From contig OZ316775.1 in NCBI GenBank assembly GCA_973851085.1, positions 2,542,001 through 2,606,000 on the forward strand: DNA of 64,000 nt, written 5' to 3'. Source of the DNA: Ptychomitrium polyphyllum (lineage: Eukaryota). Made by a program: the position numbers and the translations under genes. Below, one piece after another: positions 22,063 through 35,533 of this stretch. How positions within the stretch are numbered: position 1 is the stretch's first letter; the number at the start of each line of letters is the position of its first letter. The notes below the pieces were generated by a model that made no database searches, was not told where the DNA came from, and saw nothing but the letters and a program-made list of their open reading frames with translations.

Positions 22063-25000
22063 TGCTCCTTAGAAAACCATATTGAAATACTATCCTATTA
22101 CTATGTATTCTTTTCATAAGTTTGTTTACAATTTTCACAAAAGCTGGGCTTTTCATAAAGCCTCATACTGGAAGACATAGGACTTGGGAACGTGGATTAT
22201 TGTTTGGTACAGTATCACATATGGAACTCTTAGTACCATGAATGCAACTGACTACAGCATGGGTTGCGCTAGAGTCCAGGCAAAGAATAAATAGTGTAGT
22301 TTTAAACTGAAAGTGCAATCATTTTTATTATTTCAGGTGAGTGAATTTGCATGCAAACAATCTAAAAAGAAACTGGGGCCAAGCCTGCAAGCTTCACATT
22401 TTCAAGTTTTGTGAATATACTTCCACCTTCTCTACTACCTTTTGACTGGCCCTCCTCTTCAGGACAACACCACCTGCGTAAACAGTTCAAAGTTGTCTGG
22501 AACATTTTAATATGGGAACTGGATAGCTCAAATGCACATACTTGTACACATATGACTTCTGTGCATGCCTTTTTAAAATCATGATGCATGGAGGACACCA
22601 TTCTGGATTTGTTGTTGGTGATTTATCAACCAAATTGGTCCCAACGAGCAGAATAGCTGGTACATGTACTGTGCTTGTTCATAATTAGATAGATGTCAAT
22701 ATAAACAATTCTGGGATTTCAAGATTGGATGCTTTTGATATTGATGTTACTTTTATTTTATCACCTGTATTTGAGCTTGTGTATTCTCCTCTTCTGGAAG
22801 ATTTTTCCAGGTTTAACTAAAATATTGCTCACATGGGATCAGTAGTACCACTTTTCTAGTTTGCTGACTTGACAAAGGGAAACATTCATGATCTTTATGG
22901 AGATGGGTGTTCCTCTCTCTGCTTAGCAGCGTGGTAACCCTCCACCACATTCAGTTCTTTTCAAACATGTCACCACTTAACACATGGCAAGCAACAAATG
23001 ATAATTTACAGTTACCAGTTGTTCCAATATCCCTCAGCTCTCACCTCCCTCCATGTTGTGGGTAAGTGCTCCATCACCACCATAGTTGCATCACAGCTTG
23101 AAGCAAATGGCCTATACGTATGGCTGGATCTTTTCTGTCCTGACCGCACAATCCAGAAGAGTACATACACACTCAACCAATTGACCTGCAACCAAGGCTG
23201 CCCACTAACTAAGCACATGGTTCAAATCCAGAGCAGAATGATGGCCACTTTATACCTCATCCTGTTGCCTGTAAGGTAAGAGTCCTTTTTGCCATATTTA
23301 GAAAATTTGAACATGATTGGTCAAGATTTTCAAGTTTTTCTTTATGGTTCTATATCTTGTTTTGTTACTCATATGAAGAAATAATTCAAAGTCGAATGAA
23401 AAAATGAATTGAATGCCTATAATGGCCGGCAACATCTTGTTCCAAATTCATCTCTTATTTAGAAGTGTTTTTGAATGGCAACCTAATAGTTGATCCACAA
23501 GAAAAAACTCTTTCCATCTTGATTATATTAATATTTTTCCATTGTCTTCCCCAGCTTGTCCTTTGCCTGAAATACCCAAGTCTTGGGCTAAAGGTTTCCT
23601 AATTGTCCCATCTCCCACAGGACAAGGTGTGAAACGGCCGTGAGACACAAGCCAAATGCCAGCATTGAGTCATACAAAACTTGATGCAATTTTACAGAGA
23701 GTTACTCAGAGTGTATCTTAAAAACAAAGCTAACTGACAAGTACCCACATGGATACGACACAATATTTCAGTAGAAATTCATGGTGATAGCTGCATGTCG
23801 ATGGTCACAGGACTGTGTGGGCAGTCAAAGCACCTTTCTGCAAGGATAGCCTACCAATTTAAATGAATTCACATAGAACTGCAATGACCACAAGGACTCT
23901 GACGTTTCTCAGTTGCTGCCTATGGTGATACAATACTCATGAAAATTTAGAATACACCAGACTGAGGTACTCTGTACATACCATATGGACCCACGACCTG
24001 CTCCCCAGTTCAACTTCTTTCAGAAGCTGGCATTGTGCTCTATTTTTATGTGAATTTTTTTCTCTTAACATGGAAGCCAGGATCTGATTTAGCAAACAGA
24101 GCCCAGAAAAGTTCACCAAAACTTCCAGCTGCTTGCCGCTAAAACTCTTTTGTGTCATTTTGACATGAAGTATGATACTATGTCAATTCCCACATGGAGT
24201 TTGATGCCGTCTTGAAATCAAAATTACATCAAAAGCGTTAGACTACATCAAAACTACATAAGTTAGAATGATACTAAAATAATAGAAGAATGATATTGTT
24301 CCAGATATTGTCAAAACGACATCAATGTGTTGTGAGTTGAAATGATACTAAATGACATCAAAATTACATACATACAATTTTAATGTGATTTTGGAATCAT
24401 TTGATATTCATTTTACTTATGTCATGATCATGTCGTTTTTACCACTAATATGTTTACGTCATTTTGACATCACTTTAGCTTGTGTCATTTTATATCATTG
24501 GATTATTAATACAACAAGCTACAAAAGTAAAACAATTTTCAAATTTTCAACCATTTAATTAACTCCATCAAATCAAAAACACAAATCTACTACTACTATT
24601 GCTACTAATTCTTTTTCTAATACTACCATCAAACATTGGGATTATCCATTAAGTATAATTTCCTCACATGCTATTTCAAGACCATGTTCTTCTTATAAAT
24701 AATAGTTCTTTATAGTTATAATACAAGCATTAAGGCGCTCTAAGTTTAAAAGAATAATTGCAGTGGTTCTAAACCTATGACAAATGAAGGACAAACTTAT
24801 AAGAACTTGGCTAGCTTTGGAAAGATCTTTGGTTGAATGCTTCATAAGCACACCTCAATATTCCAAACTTTCTTCATTGGTTCATCAAAACACTCTACTT
24901 GTTTGTGTTTTGTCAAACTTCCTTCTTCTGAAAAAGACTTAAACATATAACTCTACTAAGTTGCAAAAGATGATTGCTTTTCCAGCCATTTATTTATCAC

Positions 25001-25079
25001 AGGTGGCATGGGGTCGTAGCAGTTGATTGATGGGATCCGTTCATGAGCCTCAGAAATCACCAAACCGACCATTGCAACA

Positions 25080-25240
25080 AGGAGAAGGAAAAAGAAGGAA
25101 CGAGGGAGAGAGGGAAAGAGAGAGAGGGAAAGAGAGAGAGGGAAAGAGAGAGAGGGAAAGAGAGAGAGGGAAAGAGGGAGGGACAGTGAGTGGGACAGAG
25201 CGGACGAGAGAAAGGGAGAGGAAACAGGAGGGGGAAAAGA
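25080..25240 (+). repeat. GA-rich compound microsatellite (GAGAGAGGGAAA-like units)
   Basis: Purine-rich tract upstream of the DA2/GW2-like gene. It explains the low-complexity ORFs 24956-25246 and 25027-25545. Confidence 0.9.
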
Positions 25241-27583
25241 AACCACAGTGTTATGTTAAGGGTTTGGGATCACGGGGCACCGTCGCGAGATTTATTGCAC
25301 TTGCAGGGGAAGTAACAGAGAGAGCTCTGTTTGCATGTGATCCCCGTTGTAGCGTTATCATCACTCATGGTAACGATGCTCTGGTCTTCTTTTTCCTCTC
25401 TCTCGCTCTTTTTTTTAATGTTCTTTTTGGTGATGGTCTGTGTCATGTCATGACCAAGTCTGCGGTAACACTGACGTTCCCCCACGGCGGGAGCTTGAAG
25501 CCCCTTTGGAAAGCTGTTTTCCTTTTTTCCTCAGGTGGGAATTGATGAGGAGTTGATGGAGTTCAGAGGGACACTGGGTGCCTTGGTGTTTGCGGTCATG
25601 ACGCCACAAGGAAGAGTGGGAAATGTGTGAGCTTGGTGGGACAGGCAGCGGAGGTGGTGACTGGGATAATATCCAGGGGAGGTGGAAAACTTGGAACTTG
25701 GAACTTGGAAGGAAGGGAAGGGAAGGTGAAGGAAGGAGGGGGCCACACAAGAGTCCGGGAGGGAGGAATCGCCTTTTTCTGCGCCGCAGTATCGTGCAGC
25801 GCGGACACGTTTTAGTGGAGGAGGAGGACGGAAGGGGCAAATGGGTTCCATCGCGGCGCCACCGTACCCCACTGGTGCGACTCTGGGGCGCTTGTGATGT
25901 TGCTATGCTGCCATACCGTCACCTCGACACCGCACTACTTTGGCTACCATCTGTTGAAACCGCCATTGTCGTGAGCTTCCTTGAACTTCTCCTTGCGTTG
26001 CTGCAACCACCCCACTGTAGCAAGAGAGCAAGCCGTGTGGCTGGTGTTGTTCCTCGGAAGAGAGGGGAGAGTGTTGGAGAATTGTTTGAAAAGGAAGAGT
26101 GGGGTGTGAGCATGGTGGAGGTTGTTGGTGCGGGAGGAGTGGTTTTTGTGTGCAGGTGAGAATTGGGGGAGGTAGGGTTGTGGTGGTAGGTTGGTTGGGT
26201 GGGAGAGAGATCTCGAGGTTGTAGGGTTTGGTCGTAGAGATATTTTTCTCTTGGTTGTGGGTTCTTGGTTGTGGGTTCTTGGTTGGTTTGGGGTTTCCGT
26301 GTGAGGTTTTGGAGCAACCCTAACGGTTGTTTCGTGTTTGGAGAATCACTTGCGATTGATTGCCCTAGATGCTGGTCTGCAAGGGAGGGGAGGATGGCAG
26401 CTTTTGGATTGGTTCTTGCAGTCTCCTTGGTGTTTGAATTATGGGGGTGATGGTGAAACAGACTCGTAGTTTTGAGTGCAAGTGTGGAGCGGTCCGGTTT
26501 GAGGTGTTTTAGTAGATTGTGGATTAGGTTACGGTTTTGAAACAGGGAATGAGTTCAGTCAGTCAAGTTATCAGCTGTTCCAGCATGATCGTGGCTTTTT
26601 AAAAAAAATATGTGGCACCGTCGTCATTCAGGAGAGCTTCGCGTGTCTGCATGCGCCCTCGTTGTGCATCAGCTCTCTGGGTGTCGGTCTAAATTTCTGT
26701 GTCGAGCTCGATTGATGTCTTTATCTGAGGCAGGAAACGGAAACTCGAGACCAGAGCATACCTTAGTTGGTTCTCCAGGTGTACTCCTGGCTAACAGCTC
26801 CAGGTCTTTATTGGGGTCTTGACAGTCATCTGGAACTTCCTGCGCCTTGGGTTTTGCAGAATTTTTTTTGAGGAATCTATGGACTTGGATCATCTAAGCA
26901 GCGAGAGGATATAAATATGTTGAATGCCCCGTCGATTGCGGTATTCTCGTCATGATCTGAAGTCTTGCAATGTGTGACCAATTTTTTGGAAGTATGGCTT
27001 GTCATTGACATGCGTATACATCTTGAAGCTCTTATCGCTGCGATCTTTGGCGGACCTTCGTTGTTATTAGAGATACCTACTGAAGCCTAATTGATGCGTC
27101 CTTAGTCATATGAGCCTGACTTTATGTATTTTGTGAACCTTGATAAACACTTTATTTTCGAAGCAGAGTACCTTATATAGTTTCCGTTCCTTAATTTTAG
27201 TGTCATATCGAGATCGAGGACATTTAAATGTCACTGTTTAGGGGTTCCTGAGCAACTTCACCTTATGCCATCTTTGTCTTGTATAAAGTTTCCAGTTTCT
27301 GGTTTCATAATTGATTTATTGGATTATAAAATTTTTGCATATAGGCCGACTCCAGTGAAAGGACCATTCTTGACACCTCTTTCACTATCAATTCCTCTCG
27401 ACGGGTCTATTCTATCTTAAACCTTGTTTCATGATTTTCTATCTGAAAGCATAATTACTATCTTACAATTGTTTCTGTTTTTTTGATCCAGGTTTGAATC
27501 TGTTCATCTAAGGAGTGAAAATTTGCACCTACAGAGGAGGTCAACGTATGGAACATGCAGGTGATTGAAGTGCATCTAAGGTC

Positions 27584-30500
27584 ATGGGGAACAAGATAAC
27601 TCGCAGACGCCCAGTCATTGACGAGCGCTATACTCGTCCCCAGGGCTTGTACCCCCACCGCGATGTAGATCAAAGAAAGCTTCGTCGCCTCATTCTTGAA
27701 TCCAAGCTCGCTCCATGTTTCCCTGGCGCAGAGGAGCCAGCTACTGATCTTGAAGAATGCCCAATATGCTTCCTGGTGCGCCTTGATCTTTACTTACATG
27801 AGCTTTGTTTGTCAGCAGTTAATGTAAGAATTAAGTCGACTTTCATTTGTCACAAAGACTTGCACTGTCATCGCAAGCTATAAAAGCTTCTGATTTATGG
27901 TCTTCGATGGCAGCATTATCCAAGCTTGAACAGATCCAAATGCTGCACGAAAGGAATATGCACTGGTACGTATTTTTCCAAGCAATGTGACTGCACGGTT
28001 TTATTGAAAATTTGTAGTAAAAGAAACTATAGTTGGCATGATTTCGATTTTCTTCTGATGCGGAGACATGTGGATCAACGATAATACTCACATGGACTAT
28101 ACACAATATGTACTCAAGAATCTTTATTTTATCACGCCACCATCCAGTTGATCCTAACAGATAGAATTGGACTGGTTACAGAGTGTTTTCTGCAGATGAA
28201 ATCCCCACACGTAGCTCGGCCAACACAGTAAGTGATTTTTTCTTTTTTTGTTGATTTTTTGGTCTCGTTAACGAAGATCTGTCTCGTTTTCCAGTCAGAT
28301 AATGCTCATTTAAGCAAGTTCCTATTTACTTTTATTGTGTAACTGCTTCTGTTGGATCGTGCGTACTGAATATCGTGAAAGCGCTTTAAAACATTGATTT
28401 ATCTGATACGTGTGGTTGGTAAGAAGAAGTATTTTGATGACAGTTTTCTTTTCGAATCTACAGGTGTCCGTTTTGTAAGACCCCTAATTATGCTGTTGAG
28501 TATCGAGGAGCCAAGACACTGGAGGAGAAGGGCATGGAGCAAGCGGTGTGAATATATTGACCTTGGAATTGTCATTCTTTCTTTTGTTGAGAATTTCACA
28601 AATGAATCCCAATATTGTGTGCATACACCTAGTTGGTCAAGGGGAAATCTGGAGCTATAAAACCAGCTCCAAATGAGACCAAATCCTTATTGTACATGTG
28701 TGTCTATCTGTCGCGTGCAGGAGGAACAGAAGGTAATTGAGGCGAAAATTCGAATGCGCCAACAGGAGCTCCAAGATGATGAAGAGCGCGAGCAACGCAG
28801 AGAGGAGGATATCCGTGCGGGTCGAATTGGAGTTCAGGCACCTCGAGCTCAAGCCATTACGAATCATCAGCTAACAAGTGGAGCCATAGATGAAATTGAT
28901 GGCTTGAATTGGCGATCAGGCTGGCACAGTACTGATCGTCAATCACAGGTGAGATGTCCATTACTTGAAAACATTCAGAAATCCTCTTTTATATACAAAT
29001 CTCCATTTTGAAAATAACTGTAATATTTGCAAGCATAGCATAACCTCTATATGACCAAGATAGAGGTTTTGTTGTCAGTTCGTGATTACAGAGGTAATTA
29101 TGTTGTGCGAGTTCATTTGGCTAGTGAATGTTTTGTATCGAACACTCTGGAAGTTTTCATGATTGAGCTGTTACAGAAGAAACATGTGTTTTGTTGTGTT
29201 TCGCTGATTACTTCTTACCTGCTTCAACAGGCCCTTACATCATCTGCCCCTCTTGAGAGAACTACTACAGCACTTCGTGACCCCTACTCTTTGTGGGTCG
29301 ATGGAGATTATCAGAGAGCGGGAGGTTTTGATTTAACTGCACCATCTCAACAAATAGCAGCATCAGTAGTATCAAATTCTGTGCTTCCAATAAACCACCA
29401 GCAGACTGAGATAGCTTTTCCTATTCCTCAGGCCCCACCAGGAGCAACAACCAGAGCACGGCACAGGTACCAAACTGTACCCGTAGCATTAAACATGTCT
29501 GTGTCTTCCGTGGGACCGGAGACGTATTATTTCGTTCTATTTAGGCCCTATAATTCTTAGTATAACTTGTGCAGTAAGTTGTATGATTTATTTGTTTTAT
29601 GGACGTTGGCCTGTTGTTATCTCAGGGAGGATGAGTTTGATATTGTCCTGGAGGATATCATGGTGATGGAGGCAATATGGCTCTCTATCCAGGTTTGGCC
29701 ACCTTCATCTGGTCTGTTTCTTTGGTCTATTAGTTGCAATGAGTGTTATCTACATCTGCTTTTCTTTATTTCATTATGTTTTTGTTAAGTTCAAGCTATA
29801 TTAATGTTGCTGATCTGTTTGATCTTTTTCAGTATATTTTGTCTCGTGGTGTTTGATCTTTTAATATGTATCATGGTAATTAAAATCTTAATATGTATCA
29901 TGGTGTTTAAAATCTTAATATGTATCGTGGTGTTCTGTACCCTCAATTGGCCGTCTAGATCAGTTTGTAACTCCAGTCCACAAGCACATTGTTGAGTCAA
30001 CCTTCTGAATTGTTATGTGTTCAGGAGCAAACCCTTAGATATGCAGATGCAGATGGAGAAGCCACTCGATCTCTGCCGAATCGATCATCTGGATTAATGA
30101 CGGAAATCAGCCTCGGCTCTGAGGCAGATGGTGACACAGCTGTTCTACCTCCACCTCCCCCACCAGCACCTGAAGAGGAATCGTGGGATCAGCATTCTGG
30201 CCGGCAAGGCACAACAGCAGGGGGCCTAGCAGGTGCTATTGCTGCGCTGGCAGAACGGCAGGCTGTCGGAGCCCCAGCACCTGCTTCCCAGCCAACCAGT
30301 CGAACCCCATTGCGATCTTATCCAGAGGAGAACCCCAGAGTAGGTCAGGTCTCAAACATGGATGTAGACAACTCGGAGGTCGCTGGAAATGACGACCCGG
30401 TTAGCCAACCGTACAGGAGAAGCCAGAGCTCTGTGGAGGAACCTCGAAGGGGTGAAGGGGCTCCAGTTGAAATAGTGGCATCTGTATCTGGAAGAGATGA

Positions 30501-30936
30501 TGATGCAGAAAACTCAAGCAGAGCATCTGAGAAATTGGCTAATTGGGTCAGCTCAACGCAGAAAGAGTACAAAGGCTCCTCAATTTGGCTGGGTGACCAA
30601 AGTTCGGAGCAAGTGGAGGTTGGCACTAGCTTCTCCAGCAGTGTACCGTCTGCATCAGAGTTGCCCTGGGAAGCGCCTGATATTCCACCCGATGCTCGAA
30701 ATGGAGAAAGCAGCGGTGGTGCCAACAATGACAAGGTGCTGGTGCCCGACAGTTTTGAGGAGCAGATAATGTTGGCCATGGCGCTTTCACTTGCTGATGC
30801 GCAAGCAAAGGGCCGTGCTGGCCGTTCAGGACCTCTTCCTCGGTCGACCACTCACATCCTCGAAGCTCAAGCGAGGTTGCCCCAAGCGAACAGCCGGTCT
30901 GGACCTCTTCCTCGGCCTACTTATATAGGACACTAA
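27584..30936 (+). CDS. DA2: RING-type E3 ubiquitin ligase, DA2/GW2 family, ~604 aa
   Basis: Exons 27584-27775, 27914-27965, 28182-28227, 28464-28545, 28721-28948, 29231-29466, 29626-29692, 30025-30936 (1815 nt). Motifs [86 protein letters not shown]. Probable 5'UTR intron ~26156-27491. Confidence 0.92.
29844..29934. repeat. 27-bp imperfect tandem repeat x3.4 in the last DA2 intron
   Basis: TC(A/G)TGGT...TTAATATGTA units at 29844, 29871, 29898, and a partial unit at 29925. Confidence 0.85.
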
Positions 30937-32531
30937 ATAGTCAATTAATTTACCTGCTGAAAATTAAGTAATCGTTCGCTCGCTCAGCTCCCCGAACCTG
31001 TAAATCGATTCTTCAGGTTAAGAGATTAGCGCTTTGTTTCAACGGCTCTAGCTTCCAACTTAGACATCTGCTTAGCTCCAGAATTTGTCAGTGAATGGTA
31101 TGTCCGGCATTCCAGGTTGTCATGCCTTGCATCTGTGCCTTTTGCCTCCTGTATAATAGATCCGGGACATGGCTTGACAGCTCGCAGTGTGAGGTGGTGA
31201 TGATTCGCGACCCAATGCTTGATTTATTGTACCAACTCCCCTTCACTTAAAGAATGGAAGGGCGAAGAGTAGTACCCATTTTTAAGTATCTTATTGTAGA
31301 TACTTAATCTGTAAAATATGTAAACACTGAAGTTCTTTCGTCATTCCTGTTCGTTGTTACAGCCGGTCTACATGAAATGACCACTACGCCGTTATGCATG
31401 TGATGGATCATATGGGTATTCTTTTCATGTTGCTTATGATTTATTTGAACCCTACTCGGAAGGCAGTTTCCTAAATAATCGCTTACTGCGAGCGGACGGT
31501 AAGTGTCTTCTGATTTCAAAATACTATAACACTGTCTCCTAATCACATACATCAGTGACATTTAATATCCATTAAACTGAAGCGTGGCTTTGACGTGCAG
31601 GAACACCAATAACGATCTTCTAGCAATAACCACCGGGGCAATCGTTGGAAAATCCAGTCAGCCAGACATTTTGTATTACATCTGGGATATATGTCCTTCA
31701 AAAGCCATTAGTATATCAAGGCCAATAACAAAGCATATTTAGCTACCAACAGTTTATAATCACTGACCCTGATTTTTCTCCTAAATTCACGCATTGGACC
31801 TAGACTCTTCAGCATCCAACTTTGACAGCTGCAATCACAAACAACCGAATCTTTAAGGAACATTCAGAAGTGGATGCCATTCCAGGGGTCAGTCTGCAGC
31901 TGCCAGATTCGTGCATGAAATGAGTTGGAGCACAAACGAGAATAGTGTCCATCTAAACATTGTTGAATGGACAGTGAACCATATTTGCTTCTCAAAAACC
32001 AAACCATTTATGCTCAAAAATTGTTTGAAGACCTCAACTTGTGCTTATTTGTCAAACGGTGTTGAACAATGATTGTAGGTGCTCTGATTATAGAAGCAAT
32101 GAAAGGGCACTATGCTGAAAATCTTTGTTGGTAACCATGAAGGGTTTCTTTGCAGTGAACTATTTCACTTATTATTTTCACACATGCTAATAGGTTGAAT
32201 GATCCTAGAGCTATGAAGTCTGAAAGCCAGCAATGAAGATTGAAAAGAACTTGGATTCTTCTATAAATGCTGTTGTTCTAATAAGGTAAAGAAAGTCCAA
32301 TTAAACAGTTTCTTTACACGTGCTTTCTTTTACATTATTCAACTCAAGTGTATATAGTATGGCCCTTTTTTTTTAAACCATAATGCTAGAAAATACTACA
32401 AAGTTCCAATGGTTTCCAGCTTAATAAACGGTTGAATTCTAAGCTCAGAGCAATTCGACCATCTTTTAATTGACAAGTAGACAAAAGAAAAGAAAGTAAT
32501 TTATGCCCCTCATTTTAGTCAAACTTCATGT

Positions 32532-32590
32532 ATTGAAACACATGACTTTATTGTAAACACATTGAAACACATGGCTTTATATGTAAACAC
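32532..32590. repeat. 29/30-bp tandem duplication in an AT-rich spacer
   Basis: ATTGAAACACATG(A/G)CTTTAT(A)TGTAAACAC x2. Confidence 0.8.
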
Positions 32591-35533
32591 ATGAAATCAA
32601 CAAAGAAAATTCCCATTTTGACACACATACAATACACATTTAAGAATTCAATTAAAATTTATTTCATAGCCAATTTTATAGTATCTAGGATTGGAATGAG
32701 TTATTTAACCAAATTATTATTAAGCTAGACAAAAAGAAGGTTTAGAATGATTAAAAATTGTTTAAAATGATTCATTGATAATAATTTTGTACATCTTTAT
32801 CTTTAATCAATAAATTTTTACTTAAAACATTTGGAATTTTATTGAATTCAAACATTTTAAAATAAAAATATTAGACACTTTCAAAATACAAGCTTAATTT
32901 TTTTGATTATGGAAAAACCTTAATAAAGAAAATTTGTAAAAAGATCTTCTTATTTCAATAAACTTGGTCAAAATTTGGAAAAATAAAAGAATATTTTTGG
33001 CAAAGTAACTACATTTATGTTGTTTTTCATTGTGATTTTTTTCAAAACACAATTGAAGTTGTAGACTTTGTTATTTTTTTTAATGTGATGGTTTTATTGT
33101 ATGTCTTAATTCCTCAAATTAGGTCTAAAAATAAGAACTTTGATTCTTTTTCAAATGACTAATATAAATAAAATGTATATTTTTTTTATTATCTTGTAAT
33201 GATTTTTATAGGATATGAACCAAGAAAATAATTCTATTGCCTTATTGCCTTCTTAAAGGAAGTATACACCATATTCTTGTGTAAATTAGATGAAAACCAA
33301 ACAAGACCTTTATGAAATCTTAAGACTTGTGATTTAAAATGAATGTATTTTGAATTCAATTTGAATGAAATGATTACGATCAAGCCATGAACCCTACTTC
33401 TAATTAGATAAAAGTGTTTCTCCTATAATTAGTTTGATTTCAAACTCTTAGAACTACTTGGAGTGGTTATATGATATGATTTGGCTTGACATTTTTAAAA
33501 ACATTTGTAAAAGCAAGAATATGATTGTTGTATCAATCAACTTAAAACTTCCATTATAATACTTAAAGCAAACAATGTGTCATTTAAGATTTAATTTAAT
33601 TTTTCCATGCATTTAATTAAGTACTTGGTTTTAATCAAATTATAAATGATATATATTTTTTAAATAAATTCTTAAAAAGAAGTTGATTTTACAAATAGTG
33701 AAATTGTTAGCATTTACATGAATTACTATTAAAACAAATGCAAGTGCATGCTTGCCATTATATTGGATACTATATAAAAGCAAATAAAGATGCATTAAAA
33801 TATATTCATAATGGCTTGAAACAATAATGGTTGCAAATGATAATGACTAAATATCAATGCCATAATGCATAAGGTTCATCACATGTTTATTGCACAAGAT
33901 TCCAACAATTATTTTTTCTTATATCTTTAATAAATGTTCAAAATTTGAAGAGTTTATGTAGTTTTTCTCTTAATTTTTATTTTTGATGTGTAGTTTTATA
34001 GTTAATAAATTCTAAAGCATAAAATAAAATAAATTTGATATCTTATATCTTATATAGCTTTAATAAATTTCATATACTCCATATTTTTGTAATCAAATCT
34101 TTCCAATAAGAAGTTCAAATTACCTTTCTTATATGGTAATTAATTAATTATGGCTTGACACTAAATTATCTTTTTACTATGTGATGAAAAATCTCAAGAT
34201 GTAACTTTGAAGATATTACTAATGTTAAGTAGGACTCTCCCTATACCAAAAAAATTGAGAAAATTTTGTTCATAATTTAACAGTGAATAATCCCTCCAAC
34301 TATTTGTAGAAAATACTATAATAAGTCAACATAAGTTTTACTAAAACAAGATTTAAAACTTTAATTATACATCTTTGTTAGATTAATTCTATTTAGAGTA
34401 ATTCAGATACCTACTTCGAGTCACACTGTTCCGACACTCCCAGAATTACTGAGGTTTTTCAATGCTCACTTTGTCAATTGCTTTAAGAACTCTTTAGTGC
34501 TGTGACTCACAGTAATAGCAACAATCAGTACTGCAACAATGGCATACAGGTCAGGTTAATACGATATACGTAGAGTATGCGATACCATATGAGCATATCC
34601 CATTGGAATGAAGCCAGATCTCCTGGCGTCCTATGGTTTTAACAAAAACATGATATGTGTTTGAGGTAATCATTCGTGCCCAAAATTAGGTTTCCCTTTC
34701 AATACAACAACCACTAGACTTGCAGGCCCAGTGAAGGCTCTGGAAATGATGTCGCCATTGAAACATACTGTACTAGGCCACATGTGCACCTTGCAAACAA
34801 AACCAACACATACCGAACTAACGACAACCATGCTTGGCTGATTTCAAGTACTAGTGCCGATCTGGTCTGAAAGCGTGTAATACATATGGTCGTCAAAGGG
34901 AATGCACCAGGATGTTCTGTATCTAAGAAAACAAGGGAAGACGACAACCCTAAAACCAATGAACAGAGACTCTTGAAAGAGGAGCAGGACATCAGTTACT
35001 GCAAGTGTGAGAGAATAACCCAATGATGCCTTGAGTGTGTGTATTATGTAGAGCTGTGAATGGCGTGCCCAGTGGAAGCCGCTGGGAATCACGTCGCCAT
35101 TGAGGCACAGGCAACGTGTTCAACATCTCAAAACAAAATCTAATCCTGCCAGATGAACAACTGGGATGCTTGCATGTGCAAACAAACAACCTGGCCGAGC
35201 CATCTTATTCCCAGTGCCGCGTGAAAACATTAAAAATAACGTGTAACTACCCGACTGTCGTGCGTGGTGGAAGCATCATCTCGCATCTAGTCATCTTCTC
35301 GGCAATTAATTCAATCATCTAACCTAACCCTGGCGAGATCCGAGGAGTACAAGAAAACTTGGTACAACCTTTATACTTCCAAATCTGCACCTACAAAGCT
35401 ATCAGCCAATAAGTCCATGGATATCAGTCACGATAATCCGCCGACTTACTGAAATGATGCATCATTGTCATCCCCGTAATCAAATTGCTCATCAGAAAAA
35501 AATATCGTCATCGAATAGGCGGCTGTCGACTTC

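Noticed and set aside
24956..25545. ORFs with ER/SL low-complexity repeats
   Set aside because: Translations of the GA microsatellite.
25919..26317. Minus-strand ORF resembling a chloroplast transit peptide
   Set aside because: No downstream in-frame exon found. Best explained as the antisense shadow of the G-rich DA2 5' leader.
32300..34400. Very AT-rich spacers (also 1-550, 7550-7950, 20600-22150, 44350-45760) as named transposons
   Set aside because: Probably decayed repeats, but I could not identify termini, TSDs or coding remnants by eye.
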